DNA from: Octopus sinensis
Taxonomy: Eukaryota
Direction: 5' to 3'
DNA length: 49,013 nt
Assembly: GCF_006345805.1 (NCBI RefSeq)
Contig: NW_021834511.1
Span: 1-49,013, forward strand
The translations under genes and the position numbers were made by a program. The notes beneath the pieces were generated by a model. That model had not been told where the DNA came from. It was given only the letters and a program-made list of their open reading frames with translations, and did no database searches. Below are positions 1-14,862 of this stretch, piece after piece; position 1 is the first letter of the stretch, and the number at the start of each line of letters is the position of its first letter.

Positions 1-165
1 GGTGGTGATCCCTGCTGTACTCTTTCACCACTCTTTCGTCTGTTGGCCTGCTCGCTTAGCCAGCGGGGTGGCGTCATTCGAAGGCTAAAACAATGCGAAC
101 GCATTGTGACCAGCGATGTGTAACAACATCTGATGGTCTGGTCGGTCACGTGATCACGTGATACA
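1..165. mobile_element. Partial interspersed repeat (SINE/LINE 3' part) ending in (CA)n
   Basis: GC-richer segment ending ggtcggtcacgtgatcacgtga then (CA)n; recognised as repeat-like only. Confidence 0.35.
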
Positions 166-744
166 CACACACACACACCACACTCTTATACATATTTGAA
201 TATTCTTCACTTGAGGAAGGAGCTGGTTTCTCACGAAGATACATGGCTCTATCGTTGGAAGATAGATAACAGAAGCAAATTCATATATTTTGTGGTAAAT
301 TCAGTTGCGGAACGTGAGAGAACACGTTATTTGCTGAGAGATATACCAGCAGCCATTATGTTAACAATTTCTATGTAAAACAAATCATTCATTCTTTAGA
401 GCAAGTACAACTGTCAGGTGTGATCTCATGCAATATATTGTAATATACATTGTATTCAGTTGTTGTACTGAGTTAGGTAATGTTCTCTAAGTACAACACT
501 AGCGTTTGGTTTCAAAAGATTTCCGGACTTTAATAGAAAACATTACGTATTTACAAAAGTTTTAACATCATTTCCTTCGAAATAGTCACCATCCGCAGCA
601 ATAAACAGGTTCTATCGTTCCTTCCACTTATAGAATCCAGTTAGGAAGTCGTTTTCCGTAAGCAAGTCAGGACCTTCTGTGATTCCCTCTGGATTAAACA
701 CTTCTATTGAAGAAATTAATTGATTTAATGACTTCTGTTTCTAG

Positions 745-873
745 GTAACACAAAATTCCAGTACCAAAGCAAATACTATCATTAACAGTAATATTATTGC
801 TGCTAATATTCCTAACATTAAAGTAACCAACCTCGATGAACCAGTTAACATATCATTCAATTTAATAGATCAG
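745..873 (+). CDS. aGPCR exon: C-terminal part of GAIN domain
   Basis: ttctag|GTA...CAG|gtaaga; 129 nt; [43 protein letters not shown]. Confidence 0.88.
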
Positions 874-3537
874 GTAAGAGCTATGTGTCTATCATAATTG
901 TTTTTTGTTGTTTCATTTCAAAGCCATATCTTATTCCTCCTGAAACACAGTACTAGTAGCAGCGGTAGCATTAGCAGCAGTAGTAGCAGTAGTAGTTATT
1001 GTTGTTGCTAGTGTTGTAGCTGTTACCGTGTTGAGAGTTATAACTTTATGTTTATAATGTAAACGTTGTGTGATAATGGAGGCATTCTTTTTTCATTCCA
1101 AGCTTTAAGTTGTTTGTCTTTATTTTCCTATCCACAACATAATGCTTTAATATCTTTCCGTATTTACTTCATTCATTATGGCCGTGTAATTTAAGTGTGG
1201 ATTACTTCGGGCTTTCATATGGTGACCGGTGTTGCTGTTTATTTTCATGTTCTACCTGACCCAGTAAATCTATGAAACATCCCAAACATGAATATCTTAT
1301 CAACTTGTATATCGTTAATTGTTTCTAGAACCGCACCATCCAATGTCTTCTTCTTCCACTTTTATGGTGAATGCTGTATACTATGAGAATATACATAGAT
1401 GTATAAATGAGGTAAAATGGTCAGTTAAGCAATGCCACAGCCAATGATGTTGGATCCCCAATGCCAAAAGCAATCAAAACGTTGTTTGCTATGATGTTTT
1501 CACGTTTTGATAATGTAATTAACAAAGACGAATTACATGTATTTTAATTACAAGCTAATTTGATTAAATTATCAGAATGTATTTTTTTCAGAATGCCACC
1601 AACCCACAGTGTGTTTATTGGGATGAATCTCCTGGACAGAATCCCAAATGGTCAACCAAAGGCTGTAATGTATCCAAGTATGAACCTGGACAGAAAGCAC
1701 TTTGTTCCTGTGACCATCTGACAAGTTTTGCCCTACTAATGGTTGGTAACATTATGATAACTTGTTAATTACCTGTAATTAGGGTGCTTGTGTCTATGTA
1801 TTAATAATTTTAACGCACACTAAATTTTCTGTTCGTAAATATTTTGGTAAATATGTAAGGTTAGGGTTAGGGTTAGGGTGCAATAGTAAATTTGTGGGTT
1901 ATATATTTGACGGATATTTGTCCTCATCTTGTTTGTTGTTAACACAAAGTTTCGGCTGATATACCCTCCAGACTTCATCAAGTTCCTTGTAGAGATTTCG
2001 GACCTGGGTTCTCATTCCTAAGGTATTTTTCGATGTTATTATTAGCTCTGAGTCTCTACATCTACACAGGAAATTTAGATAGTTTGAAAGACGAGCTATT
2101 TTTTGATGGAGTTTCTCTATATGTCACCATTGAAGTCTAATGTCAGCTCCGATTAGATAATACAGTTCTTTCCAACGTAAATAAAGTAAATAATGTACAT
2201 AATTCCTCATCTCTTAAATATAGAACTGTAAATATGTGGGGTTGAAATATTGTAAAAAGTCGTTGTTGTTCTTGTTGCTATAACTGTTGTTTATTAGTTT
2301 AAACTTCGAGTGGTGCCCTTTAAATGTACCAAGCTACCATCGTCAACAAAATACATGAGAATTCCTTCATCATTGATGTGAAGAAAAATTGAGAGAGGCA
2401 GTCACTTGTCCTGGCTTGAAAGTTTATTATGTTGAAACCATCTGAATGGTAGTTTAGGTGATAAAGACATATTTAAAATATGAAAAGCCTCCGTAGCACA
2501 ATAAACATGTTTCCATCTTAGTTGTTAAACCCTTGGTCTTTTCATGATTCGGTTACAAGATCTCTCCTCTCATTAATGAGATTTCTTCTACTGATGTTTT
2601 ATTTTTATATCCATAATGCACATGTGTTCAGTACTTGTTACTTATACAAGACTTCTGCTAACCACAAACATAAAATATGCGCCTGTCTATGGCACAAATT
2701 TTAACCTACATGATACGTGTTAGTTCACTCCATACCAGTTCTACTATCACCTGATGTCACAAGAACTAACATCAAATAGACAGGTCGCTTCTATCATTGT
2801 TGTTTTTATCAAGAAGGTTACGGAATCAATTCACTTGTCTTTGTTTATCGTTTTCATTTCTGTAATTTCTGTTACCAAACTAATTTCAATTTCTCCCTTT
2901 TTTTTTTACCTTAATATTCATTCATCACATACTTCATGTCATATATTAATCCAAATTGCGACGAACAACCTCACAACAAGGCTGTCATATCTGTTTTGTC
3001 ATGAATCATAATCGATGGTGTCCATGGCCAAAGCATATCTGAAAAAGAAATGCCCTCTTTTTGAAGAATGCTGCTTTATGTAAAAGAAACTGATCATACA
3101 ACATCAAGGGCTGACGGTGGGAGAAGGATCTTAATTTGCCTTGTGTTAAAGGAATGAGAAATGGAATAACATCGGTCTATCTCAATTAGTTGCACTGATA
3201 AAATATACAAAGACATACCTTCCGTGAATTTGAACTCAAGACCTAAAGGCGGTGAGGTGGCAGAAACGTTAGCACGCCGGGCGAAATGCGTAGCCGTATT
3301 TCGTCTGCCGTTACGTTCGGAATTCAAATTCCGCCGAGGTCGATTTTTGCCTTTCATCCTTTCGGGGTCGATAAATTAAGTGCCAGTTACGCACTGGGGT
3401 CGATATAATCGACTTAATTCGTCTGTCTGTCCTTGTTTGTCTCCTTTGCGTTTAGCCCCCTTATGGGTAGTAAAGAAATAGGTATATCTTATGCTTCTAC
3501 TCATACAGCTCACACACACACATATATATATATGTAT

Positions 3538-3588
<51 letters not shown>

Positions 3589-3601
3589 CAGACATATATA
3601 T

Positions 3602-3659
<58 letters not shown>

Positions 3660-3666
3660 CATATAT

Positions 3667-3721
<55 letters not shown>

Positions 3722-6426
3722 CACACACACACACACATATATATATATAATTGATTCGGTGAAACTGTCTCTCATCCAACATGCAATGTATGATTTTCCA
3801 CTGATATCTTTTTCTCTAATGCAGAATACTGTAGTTCTCGCCTTCACCATCAACATCTTTTACACTCACAATTTATATAATTATTGACCGACATAGAAAG
3901 TAATGGTAGGAAGAATTAATACGTTGTCGTTTGTTTCTGTTGCAGAATGTCTACCAGAAAGCGGTAGTAAATATTCACCCCTTATCTATTACATCTTACA
4001 TTGGCTGCGGAATATCAATTGTCTGCCTCATTCTTACAATAATAATTCATATTTGTTCCAAGTAAGAATTTCAGTTTCTATTTTCTTTTATAATCTGTTT
4101 AAATACGCGACATCCATCAGTTTATGGGATTCTGACAGACTGGTAAGATCGAAGTGGTTGATATCTGCAAGAAAAACCATGGATGAGGAGAGAATTCCCG
4201 AACGTTGTCACTCCCGTGGGTGATTGATTGAAGAAATATTTTAGGGCAAATTTGTGTCCCACATTAAGGGTGATAAAAAAGAAAGCAAGAACGGATAGAG
4301 AGCACTATCCTGTGTTTGAGTAGAGTTAGGTTATAGCTTGAGAATTTAGAAAATTACTGACGAATATAGTAGTTACAGTAGTGCATCTATCTTTACTATT
4401 AGTAAAATACCAGTCTGTGTTTTTTAATACTGTTTGTTATTGAGCAGGTTGTGGTAATGTGTTGGTGAGTTAACATTTGCCATTCAACCAAATGAACTAG
4501 TTTTCCGTCTGACTGAGAATCCATGCGTGTGTGTGTATATATACGTACATCCGTCTACATACATACATACATCCCTACCTACCTACCTACCTACCTACCT
4601 ACCTACCTACCTACCTACCTACCTACATACATACATTACATCATCCCGTATGTAATAATATTTACATATATTCATAGATACAAAGACACAGAAAGTTAAG
4701 AAAAGCGCCTTGGGCCTTGTGCTGAGCCAGCGCTATCACTATTCATAATAACAGACTCGCAAAACCCTCCTGCAAGACTATGGCACGGTGCTTTGTAAAT
4801 GAATCTTTTATATATAGAGAGAGAGCAAAAATTTAGATTCAGAAGAATATGGTACTTAAGTTGAGGTACCAGAATTTAGTACGGTATTATCCATACAGTT
4901 TCAAAGTGAAGTGATTGCAATCAAAATAAACAACAAGGATATCCAAAGGTAGTGCAGTACGACCGTTTCATGCAACTCCATTTAATTGAACAATGTAATC
5001 GTTACATCAATTTAAAATGCAGTGCAATCTTCAGCTGCACAAAAACATAGAATTTAATTAAATTTGAAAAGATGGACACATTAGTATAATTATAGCTAAA
5101 ATCTCCAAGAAGTTAAGGAGACAGACAACGAACATGTTGTCTCTACTTCAGCATGGGAGATTTTAGCTTGAGATAAAGATCCCAATGATCTTCAGTGTCA
5201 TTGCCTGCATGTCCTGTTTTATATTAGTGAGATCTTGTTTTAGAGACAAGTTTTAACGAAAACTAAGCTATGCCTCATCTCCGGTGGTCTGTCATCACAC
5301 CGGACACCAACCTTGAATTTCAGGGAGTCCATGATATTGCTAGATAGTCGTTGTATCTCTACTAATTTCGTCCGTCCTTTTGGCAGGTTTTGTTTTTGTT
5401 CTGCAGGGCTTTTTAGCAATACCCTTCACCGGAAACCTTGCGGTTGCTACTTTAGTCATTCACACCGACCGTGCAATAGGTTCTACTGGTTTTCATATTA
5501 TTAACAGCTCACATGAGAGACCTCATACAAATGCACTTGAAGACGTGTGTGTGTGTCTGTGTGTGTGTATTATTGAATTAGCTACCAAGAAGATGCTCTA
5601 TATGCACATTCCTCAGGCGTATATCCTCGAACTTTTATAAGCTGCATCTCCGTTCAGAGTTAAAGATGGTACTCAGCAGATGAAACCCCAACATAGAATT
5701 GTAATTAATCAAAGAAAACATTGTACATAACGACTAGATATTCGCAATTGTCTAATGAATACAGTGTTGACTAAAAAACAGATTTTGTACATAGCGTTGC
5801 TGTCAATGAGCAAACAACGTATATAACGTATATGTGTTTGTGTGCAACATTCCATTCTGCGTTTAACGTATCATCACATGTTCGTTGACTGCAAGGAATT
5901 ACTATCGTAACCAGCGAAACTTGCTCAATGAGTCAAGAAACGATACAGATAGTGTTTCATATTTCATTCAGATCATTATACCAATATTTTACACACAAAT
6001 CATATATATATATATATATATATATAGACGCAGAAGTGGCTGTGTGGTAAGTAGCTTGTTTACCAACCACATGATTCCAGGTTCAGTCCCACTGCGTGGC
6101 ACCTTGGGCAAGTGTCTTCTACTATAGCCTCGGGCCGACCAAAGCCTGGTGAGTGGATTTGGTAGACGGAAACTGAAAGAAGCCCGTCGTATATATGTAT
6201 GTATATGTATGTTGTGTATGTTTGTGTGTCTGCGTTTGTCCCCCTAGCATTGATTGACAACCGATGCTGGTGTGTTTATGTCCCTGTCACTTAGCGGTTC
6301 GGCAAAAGAGACCGATAGAATAAGTACTGGGCTTACAAAGAATAAGTCCCGGGGTCGAGTTGCTCGATTAAAGGCGGTGCTGCAGCATGGTCGCAGTGAA
6401 AATGACTGAAACAAGTAAAAAGAGAG

Positions 6427-6523
<97 letters not shown>

Positions 6524-7674
6524 CGATTTAACATACCGTTTGTCTTCAAATAATCATCATACACACAGTCGTAGTTATTACTTACATACTAAGAAGGTTT
6601 TTTAGCTATATTTCATTGAATTATTATTATTTATTTTGGGATTATTTCAGAAATGTATGGAAATCAATGGCTTCAAAGATTTTGGTAAACTTGTGCGTTT
6701 CTTTGGCTATCACTAATTTGATCTTTCTTGTTGGGATGCAACCGTATGCCTCAAAAATAACAGCTGCTTGTAAGGTAAGTGACAACACATTTTACCAAGT
6801 TGTATGTATTTTGTTTTATATGAAACTTTACAAACAACCTTAAATTGATTTCATCCAGTAACAGCCTAGGCAGCAGCTCTATTCAAATGCGTCCAACGTC
6901 ATCAAATACTACATTTAATGTTGGCGTTTTTCGTCCTTGTATTCCTTCATTTGTCCAATGCTTTATTTTCAGATGATGACAACAATTTTTATGGTCAGAA
7001 ATAACAAATAATGAGTAATCAAATTTTAATTCGTCAAACTATATTTTGTATAACATTTTCCGTAATTCCCATCGCCTTTATATTAAACGTGTAGCCCACT
7101 TCACTTGTCTATGCTAGCTTTCTGTTCAATTTGAATTTTATTATATCTGATTGAGCCCTTACTATCTGATTGAACAATTTTTAGGGGGAAGGGTTTAATT
7201 GATACCTATTTCTTTATTACCCACAAGGGGCTAAACTTAGAGGGGACAAACAAGGACAGACACAGGTATTAAGTCGATTACATCGACCCCAGTGCGGAAC
7301 TGGTACTTAATTTATCGACCCCGAAAGGATGAAAGGCAAAGTCAACCTCGGCGGAATTTGAACTCACAACGTAACGGCAGACGAAATACCGATAAGCATT
7401 TCGCCCGGCGTGCTAACGTTTCTGCCAGATACCATCGACCCCAATACTTGACTAGTGCATGCATTTATCGATCTAAAGAGATGCAAGGCAAAATTGACTC
7501 ATCACTCTAGAGTTCAGCTGTACCTCTCATCATTGGGGTTGAATTGCCAGACTTGTCATGAAACAGGAAAGAAATATTATTGTTGTTGTTGTTGTTTCTT
7601 CTTCTTCTTCTTCTTCTTCTTCTTCTTCTTCTTCTTCTTCTTCTTCTTCTTCTTCCTATTATTATTATTATTAA

Positions 7675-7735
<61 letters not shown>

Positions 7736-10700
7736 TTGTTTTTATTATTATTATTGTTATTATTATTATTATTGTTGTTGTTATTATTATTATTGTTGTT
7801 GTTGTTGTGTTGTTGTTGTTATTATAATTATTATTATTTAAGACGTCGCACAGTATCAAATATCGTGATGTTGTTGGTTGAAGCTATTGTGTCTACCGGG
7901 AATTTGTACTGCCTCTCAAGCCACACAACGACCTTAGACTCACAACACTTTACACAATATGCGTGCAGTTCAAAGAAATGCCGATTTCTGCAATATACCT
8001 TGAATGTAGGGTATTTCAAAAGCGTCCACGTTGGGCGGTATTGGGCGTTGGGCGATATTGAACAGAAGGCTCCGATGTCAACAAAGACAACGATACATAA
8101 TGACATTTATTATTATTATCCTTTATGATTTCCTCTCATTATAACTTGATTTCAGCTGCCATAGTACCGGGCATCCTATGGAGGCAAAGAGTAGCAAGGG
8201 CACTCTTTATTCCATTTTATTCCATTTTAAATGGAGAGTGCTTTCCGTAGTATATGGGCTGCATCCATCAAGGTTATCCTTTGTGGCCCTACGGAGACTG
8301 GAGTTACCAGAGAGTTGCTTAATATACTTCTCAGCTCTCTTCTTTATCAATCCCAATGCACCAATTACTACCGGACTGGTTTATCTTGTACTAAGCTTCC
8401 GCATTTGCAGATCTTTATAGTGAGAAAGCTATTCGTATTCATTCCTTTCTTGGGACATTTTGATTTAGTGTGACGGATATATCTATTAACAGACAGGTTC
8501 CACTGTTATAGGCCTTGATCACAATGTCTGGTCGATTGGAGTCAATTTTTGTGTTTGTTTGTATTGGAAAGTTCAAAAGGATGGTGACGCCCTTGCCATT
8601 TACTACTTCCTCTGTATGGTGCCTGTACCACATATCACGGGATTTAATTGTGTAGTATTTACAAGCATTCCGGTTCATGTACTGTTGTAGTCTGTCATGT
8701 CTTATGAGGTACACAATTTCAGCGAGGACTGGGCAGTCGGAAACAACGCGATTAATTGTCTTTGTGAAATTTCCGCAAAATCTGCACAAGGGGTCTTTAA
8801 GGACGTTTGCATGGTTAGTTTCTGGTAGGTAAACTCTGATCTTGCGCTACAATAACAAAACCCTTTATTTTCGCTTTCAGACCTGCCCCTTGCAGCCACT
8901 ATTGGTGTGTTAGATTTTGATCAATATCTGGCTTTGACAGGCGGTTAGGATATTTTCCATGCAGCAGTTTAATTTTCCAGTTGTTTTCGATATTATTCAT
9001 GGAATACTTCTTTGCTTTTTGTTTCATATTTATTGCATCAATGATACGTTTGGCACTATTTGGATGTCTTTGGTCTTTCTGATTGTTAACTTGTAGGCCA
9101 AGAGACAATTTAAAATTTCAGACTAAGCCTCATGACTGAAGCTTGCTTGGAAGCTTCCTGCTTCACTGAAGTTCGTAAAAGTACATCTTTTGTTGAATTC
9201 AGATACGTTTCAATGACCATTATTGCTGATTTGAAGGATTGTTCAAGCTGTATCTTCAACCTATTTTTCTTGTGAGATAAATCCTGTCTACATCTGATTT
9301 TGGATGGTGCATTCGGTACCATGTTAAGATTTTACGGACGTTTCCATTAATATTCTGCATGTCAGTGAGACTCCACTTAATAATACCAGCTATATGTGGT
9401 TACTGGTATGGCCAAAGAATTTATCACATAAATTCTGTTAGCAGCATTTAAATCTGAGTTTAGAACCTGTCTTGCCCTTCGGTAGCATTCCATGCGGATA
9501 TTCTCTTTCATTTAAGAGTGCTGGATACCCTCACCTTTATTTGTTCCCAGATATGAATATACTTCGGATTGGTCTAGGTTTCGAGTAGCTGTCGTAGTAT
9601 CAAGTTCTATGTTTTCTGCCTTTATCAACTTTCCTGCCTTGAAAGTAGCCTTTGCCCATTTATCTAGTCCGAATTCCATAGCTTTATCACAGCTGAATTC
9701 TTTGATAATATTCAGGAGCTCTTCTAATTCTTTGTCGTTTTTTGCAAATAGTTTTAGATCATCCAAAAAGAGTAGATGATTAATTTTTTGGCCAAACATC
9801 GTATACCCTCTCTTAGCATTATTCAGTTGCGTGGATAAAGGAAACAGAGCGAGACAGAATAGTAATGGTGATAATGAACCACCTTGAAAGATACCACAAT
9901 CAATATTGATGTCTGGTGAGATGGTATATCCTTGTGTTTAGTATAGAATGAGGGAATCTTATCTATATCTGGGCTTTCCATTTCTTTGACTTGGCGAACG
10001 CTGCTTTCACTTCTTCAGTTGTTATATCCCACAATTCTTGAGTTGGGCATTGGCCTCTTCTATGTCCCTCACCCAATGTGCATTCTGATTAAACTCCTTT
10101 GGATTACTCCAAATGTTTTTCCTAAAATCTTCAGTTTGATGTTGGGAAGGAGGTGTTTTCTCAATAATGGTATTTTCCCCCCAGTTCCCTGTAGAATTTT
10201 TTGTGTTCTCCTTGAATAGAATGTTTTGTCTATGGAATGCTTCGTGCCTTTTGTATCTTGCCAGTCGCTTGGTTTTTAATTGTAGTTTTCGTTTGAGGAT
10301 TTCAATTTGTATATCATTTCTTTTCATATTTAGATCATGTTTAGCAATTATTCTTATCAGTTTGTTGTGTTTATTAGATTTCCCTTTGCTAGCTTCAAGT
10401 AGAAAACATATATCTGCTTTTTGTTGGATTATTTTCCGGTTTATCCTTTCCATCCATGCACGCTGTTTGTGTACATTGCACTTTTGTGTCTATCTCTAAT
10501 ATTAATACCACATTTCTGAGTTGCAACATAAACAGCTGAGGAAACGAGCAGACCAATCCCTCCCAGGGCATTTTCTCTACTATTCTCAAGATGTATCAGC
10601 TTTCCAAGTAATTGATCAACTTCTTTGATTATTTTCCTGTTCTTATTAGTATTAATAATTTTAGGAATTGGGGCTCTTTCGTGGAAATGTTGTTCTATTA

Positions 10701-13700
10701 GATATTGTTCTAGAATTCCATCTGCCAGTTCATTGCTGACGGGATCATTTATAGTGTTTTTAGTACCAACTGATGGTCCAGCTTCATAGGGTTTTGTGTA
10801 CCCAGTTTAATGGTTTGTGTTAGTGATTTCAGAGCTTTTTACCAGTGGATATAAGTGAGTGTGTGTTATACTGAGCTGAATTTTGACTGATCTGACTAAC
10901 ACTTTACTGTCAGTTAGTCTTTCATATTTTAAGATACGACATCTCACAGCTCCTAGTTTATTACTCTCAATGTACAGCCTGCTATGCGGGGTTTACCTCC
11001 AGATATTGTAGGTCTCTTTTTGTGTGGTTGATGTTTCTAGGTTTAGTGTTGAATAATAATAATAAGCATGCATAACTTCGATATATTCCTCCTTAGTCCA
11101 TTTCTGTCTTGTATTTTTATTTCCTTGACACAGGTCTGGTATTTGATTCAGAGCAAGAATATCTCTGGTTTTATTTGCTACAGGTTCTTGAGGAGGTTGG
11201 TCCAGATTTAAAGACTTTTCGAATTCAGTCAAGGAATCTTAGGTCACTGATGAACATGTTCTTCGAACGACACGGGTTCTAGGGGGTATTACCTTGGTTA
11301 GTTTCCAGGGCCGTGCTATAAGTGTACAAGGTTAACCAATTTTATGGTTCCTTGGCATAATTTTCCGGGTGGTGGGATTTATTTTGAGAAGTTTTAAACT
11401 AGTTCGTGTCATGACCTGGAAGGTATCAAATGGCAAGCTTTCAGAATTCATATAACGTCGTAGAAAGAGGCAGATATTGAATTGACAGCCAGAGAGAGAC
11501 AGGGACAGGGAGACAAAACCATCATGCAGCCTCCAACTGGAATTACCTCCAAGCTATTTTCAGTAGGATGGTAATAGCTTTGGCGGCGGTGGTGCTAGAA
11601 GTGGTAATGTGGTTGTACTTGTTCTTCTCTACTCTAGGCACAAGGCCTGAAATTATGGGGGAGGGGGCCAGTCGATGAGATCAACACCAGTACGCGACGG
11701 GTACTTAATTTACTGACCCCAAAAGGATGAAAGTCAAAGTCGACCTCAGTGGAATTTAGACTCATGACGTCAAGACAGATGAAATACCTATTTCTTTACT
11801 ACCCGCAAGGGGCTGAATACAGAGGACAAACTAGGTCAGAAAAACGAACCAAGTCAATTATATCGACACCAGTGCGTAACTGGTACTTATTTAATCGACC
11901 CCGAAAGGATGAAAGGCAAAGTCAACCTCGGCGGAAATTGAACTGAGAACGTAGCGGCAGACAAAATTCCCATTTCTTTACTACCCACAAGGGCTAAACA
12001 CAGAAGAGACAAAGAAGGACAGACAAACGGATTAAGTCCATTATATCGAACCCAGTGCGTAACTGGTACTTTATTTATCGACCCCGAAAGGACGAAAGGC
12101 ATAGTCGACGTCGGCGGAATTTGAACTCAGAACGTGACGGCAGACGAAATACCTATTTCTTTAGTACCCACAAGGGGCTAAACACAGAGAGGACAAACGA
12201 GGACAGACAAACGGATTAAGTCGATTATATCGACCACAGTGCGTAACTGGTACTTATTTAATCGACACCGAAAGGATGAAAGGCAAAGTCGACCTCGTTG
12301 GAATTTGAACTCAGAACGTAGCGGCAGACGAAATACGGCTACGCATTTCGCCCGGCGTGCTAACGTTTCTGCCAGCTTGCCGCCTTATGATTGCACATGT
12401 TCTGTCAGCGGGATGTAAACGCTGTCGCATGTATGTGTTTGTCTCCAGGAAAATCGCTGTTATCGTTGTTATTATTAGTAGCAGTAATCTTAGTAGCAAC
12501 AGCAGTAGTAGTACTGCTTGTGGTCAGCAGTGTTCAAATGTGTTTACTACTACAAGCGACCAATGCGAGGGCTGAAATTGGCCTTGGACAGGACCAACTC
12601 ACCTTGTGTTTTAATTGCAAATAGAAAAAATAACAATAACTCTCTCTCTCTCTCTCTCACCCGCACCCACGCGCGCGCGCACATATATATACACACATAT
12701 TTATATTGATATTTGCATTGTTGAATTTGTATTGCCTTTTATAGGTTTTGCAGTGGTTTAGTTTTCGTAATTGTGTTGTTTGTATATATTGACATTTGTT
12801 TATGTTCAAAAGGGGATTAGATTTTGGAATTGATTCTGTACCAGATTCTGGATTATGTGATATATTTATTTTACATGAAGTATTACGATCTTATGTTGAC
12901 TTTCAAGTCTTTCAGTGACTATCTCCCTTGAAAGCACGCTCATGGTTTCCACGTACGTTACGGCGGCGCTGCTGTTTCCAAAGTTTTTATTTTCGTTTCT
13001 CTATTATTAACTTTACTCTTAGTAGAAACTGATGCATAAAGAAACCAAACTACTACAGCAAAACCGTTCAGAAATTAAATAACGCTAACATATGCAGTAA
13101 GAATAATAAATTTAATTTATCTCCGATAATTTTTAGTTTTACTAATTTTGTACATATCGCTCCTGTTGAAAACCACTTACCTTCTTGACAGTTGCATTTC
13201 TAGCACTGCCTTGAAGGAATATTTACCTCTTGGACTCAGTTTCTGCGCACAACTATGTTGTTAAACTTCCGTTAACAGCACCGTATGCACGTCCGTTCCG
13301 TTTTCCTTCACGCACGGATAAGCTTCTCACTATAGACCTTATGGTCGGAAAGATACTATATCAGTGGATAGACTAAAAAAGGCTTTTATTGAGAACATTG
13401 TTCCTATTGCAGATGATACACACACATCATTACAAACACGGCCCGCACACCCACCTTCACAGTCTATGATTAAAACTGGGATCGATCAGGTACCGGACAA
13501 GGATTCTGGATTATTTTTCCAGTTTTTTAACTTAATTTTTGACAACGGTCGGGTTCATTTTTAGTATTTTTGTTTGTGGGAGCAGTCGAGTTTATTTCAG
13601 ATATTCTCATTTTAAAAATCATCTCTGGCTAATCGTCAAGAGGACGTTGGTGTTACCTTGGCGGAGGTTTGCGATCTCAGAGTATTATTATTACAAATTT

Positions 13701-14782
13701 ATTATTATTTTGGTTTGGCTCAGGTTCCGTCTTATTCCTGGTAAGAATTATGTGGGTAGTGGATTATTACTTGTAATCTTAGGTATCCACAAGTTTTCAA
13801 CAGTCTTTTACATGTGCTTAGAACACTCTTCATAATCCTTGCTGTACCTAAGCGATAAACGTTCTGTAGGATCTCTACCCGGTATTCTATTTCATTCTCC
13901 TTCAGTCATTTGTGTATGTCTTTCCATACTGTTCCCAACGCTCTAGTTGTTATAGGCACCACGTTTGCAGTTCTTAATTACCCCTATTTAAAATTTAATG
14001 GATTTTTTCTTCCTCTTTCTTTATGATCCTGCAATCAAACAGACATGATTAGTCGATAAGTAAACAACGTCGCTTTTCTTAATCGATAATTGTTATGCTT
14101 GGTCTATTATTTTTAACTCCTTGTCCGTTTGAATAGGAATGTCCCACAAAATCTTATGTGTCTCGGACTCCTGTACTCTTTTGATTCGATGACTGTACCA
14201 TGTCTTTCCAGCATCAAAATCTCAAAATTCCCAGTGTATTCTTCTTGTCCCAACTGAAGGCATTCTTCCACATTGTATGTCACTGTCTTGAAAGTTCCAC
14301 AGATCCTATATTTTTTCTCACACATTCTCTCCATACATATTTTTCTCAAGTTGTTTGTTTTTATCGAATGATCTTCGGCTGCTACAATTAGGCTTTCGGA
14401 TACTTTTTAATTGCCATTTTTCTTTAAAAACCAAGTCCAGGATTTGATCCATATACGTCATTAGTGACTCTCCAAATTCGGTTCGATAAATTAAGTACCA
14501 GTTACGGACTGGAGTCGATATAATCGACTTAATCCGTTTGTCTGTCTTTGTTTGTCCTCTCTGCATTTAGCCCCTTGTGGGTAGTAAAGAAATAGGTTAT
14601 TCAGAGCTTTCTCTTCAATCTGTCTGACGCACGCTTTTTGTATTTCATTCCATCTGTACACATTCTTCTACTGCTATTAAGTTTGTTCCACCCTGGCCTC
14701 ACCTCAAGTACAGCCGGTTGACATCAACTTATGTATGGTGGGCTCCATACAAGTATCATCATCATCATCATCATCATCATCA

Positions 14783-14862
<80 letters not shown>

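Noticed and set aside
1858-1878. Telomere or chromosome fusion scar
   Set aside because: Only 3-4 units, no inverted array; common inside repeats.
1949-1982. Hammerhead-like motif UUGAUGA-A-GUCUG..CAGCC-GAAAC (minus strand)
   Set aside because: Core C3 is mutated, the stem III palindrome is broken and stem I pairs poorly; at best a dead Penelope-type relic.
2130-3080. Possible decayed transposase or RT on the minus strand of intron 2
   Set aside because: No motif convincing enough to name a family by eye.
3376-3856. Long poly-YI ORFs here and at 24738-25118, 33949-34597 and 45711-46369
   Set aside because: Translations of (TA)n and (TATC)n microsatellites, which lack stop codons by composition.
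7455-8128. Poly-Leu/Phe/Ile ORFs resembling signal or TM segments
   Set aside because: Compound triplet microsatellite.
11636-12385. Regular repeat array resembling CRISPR
   Set aside because: Whole units are homologous SINE bodies with no unique spacers and no cas genes, in a eukaryotic context.
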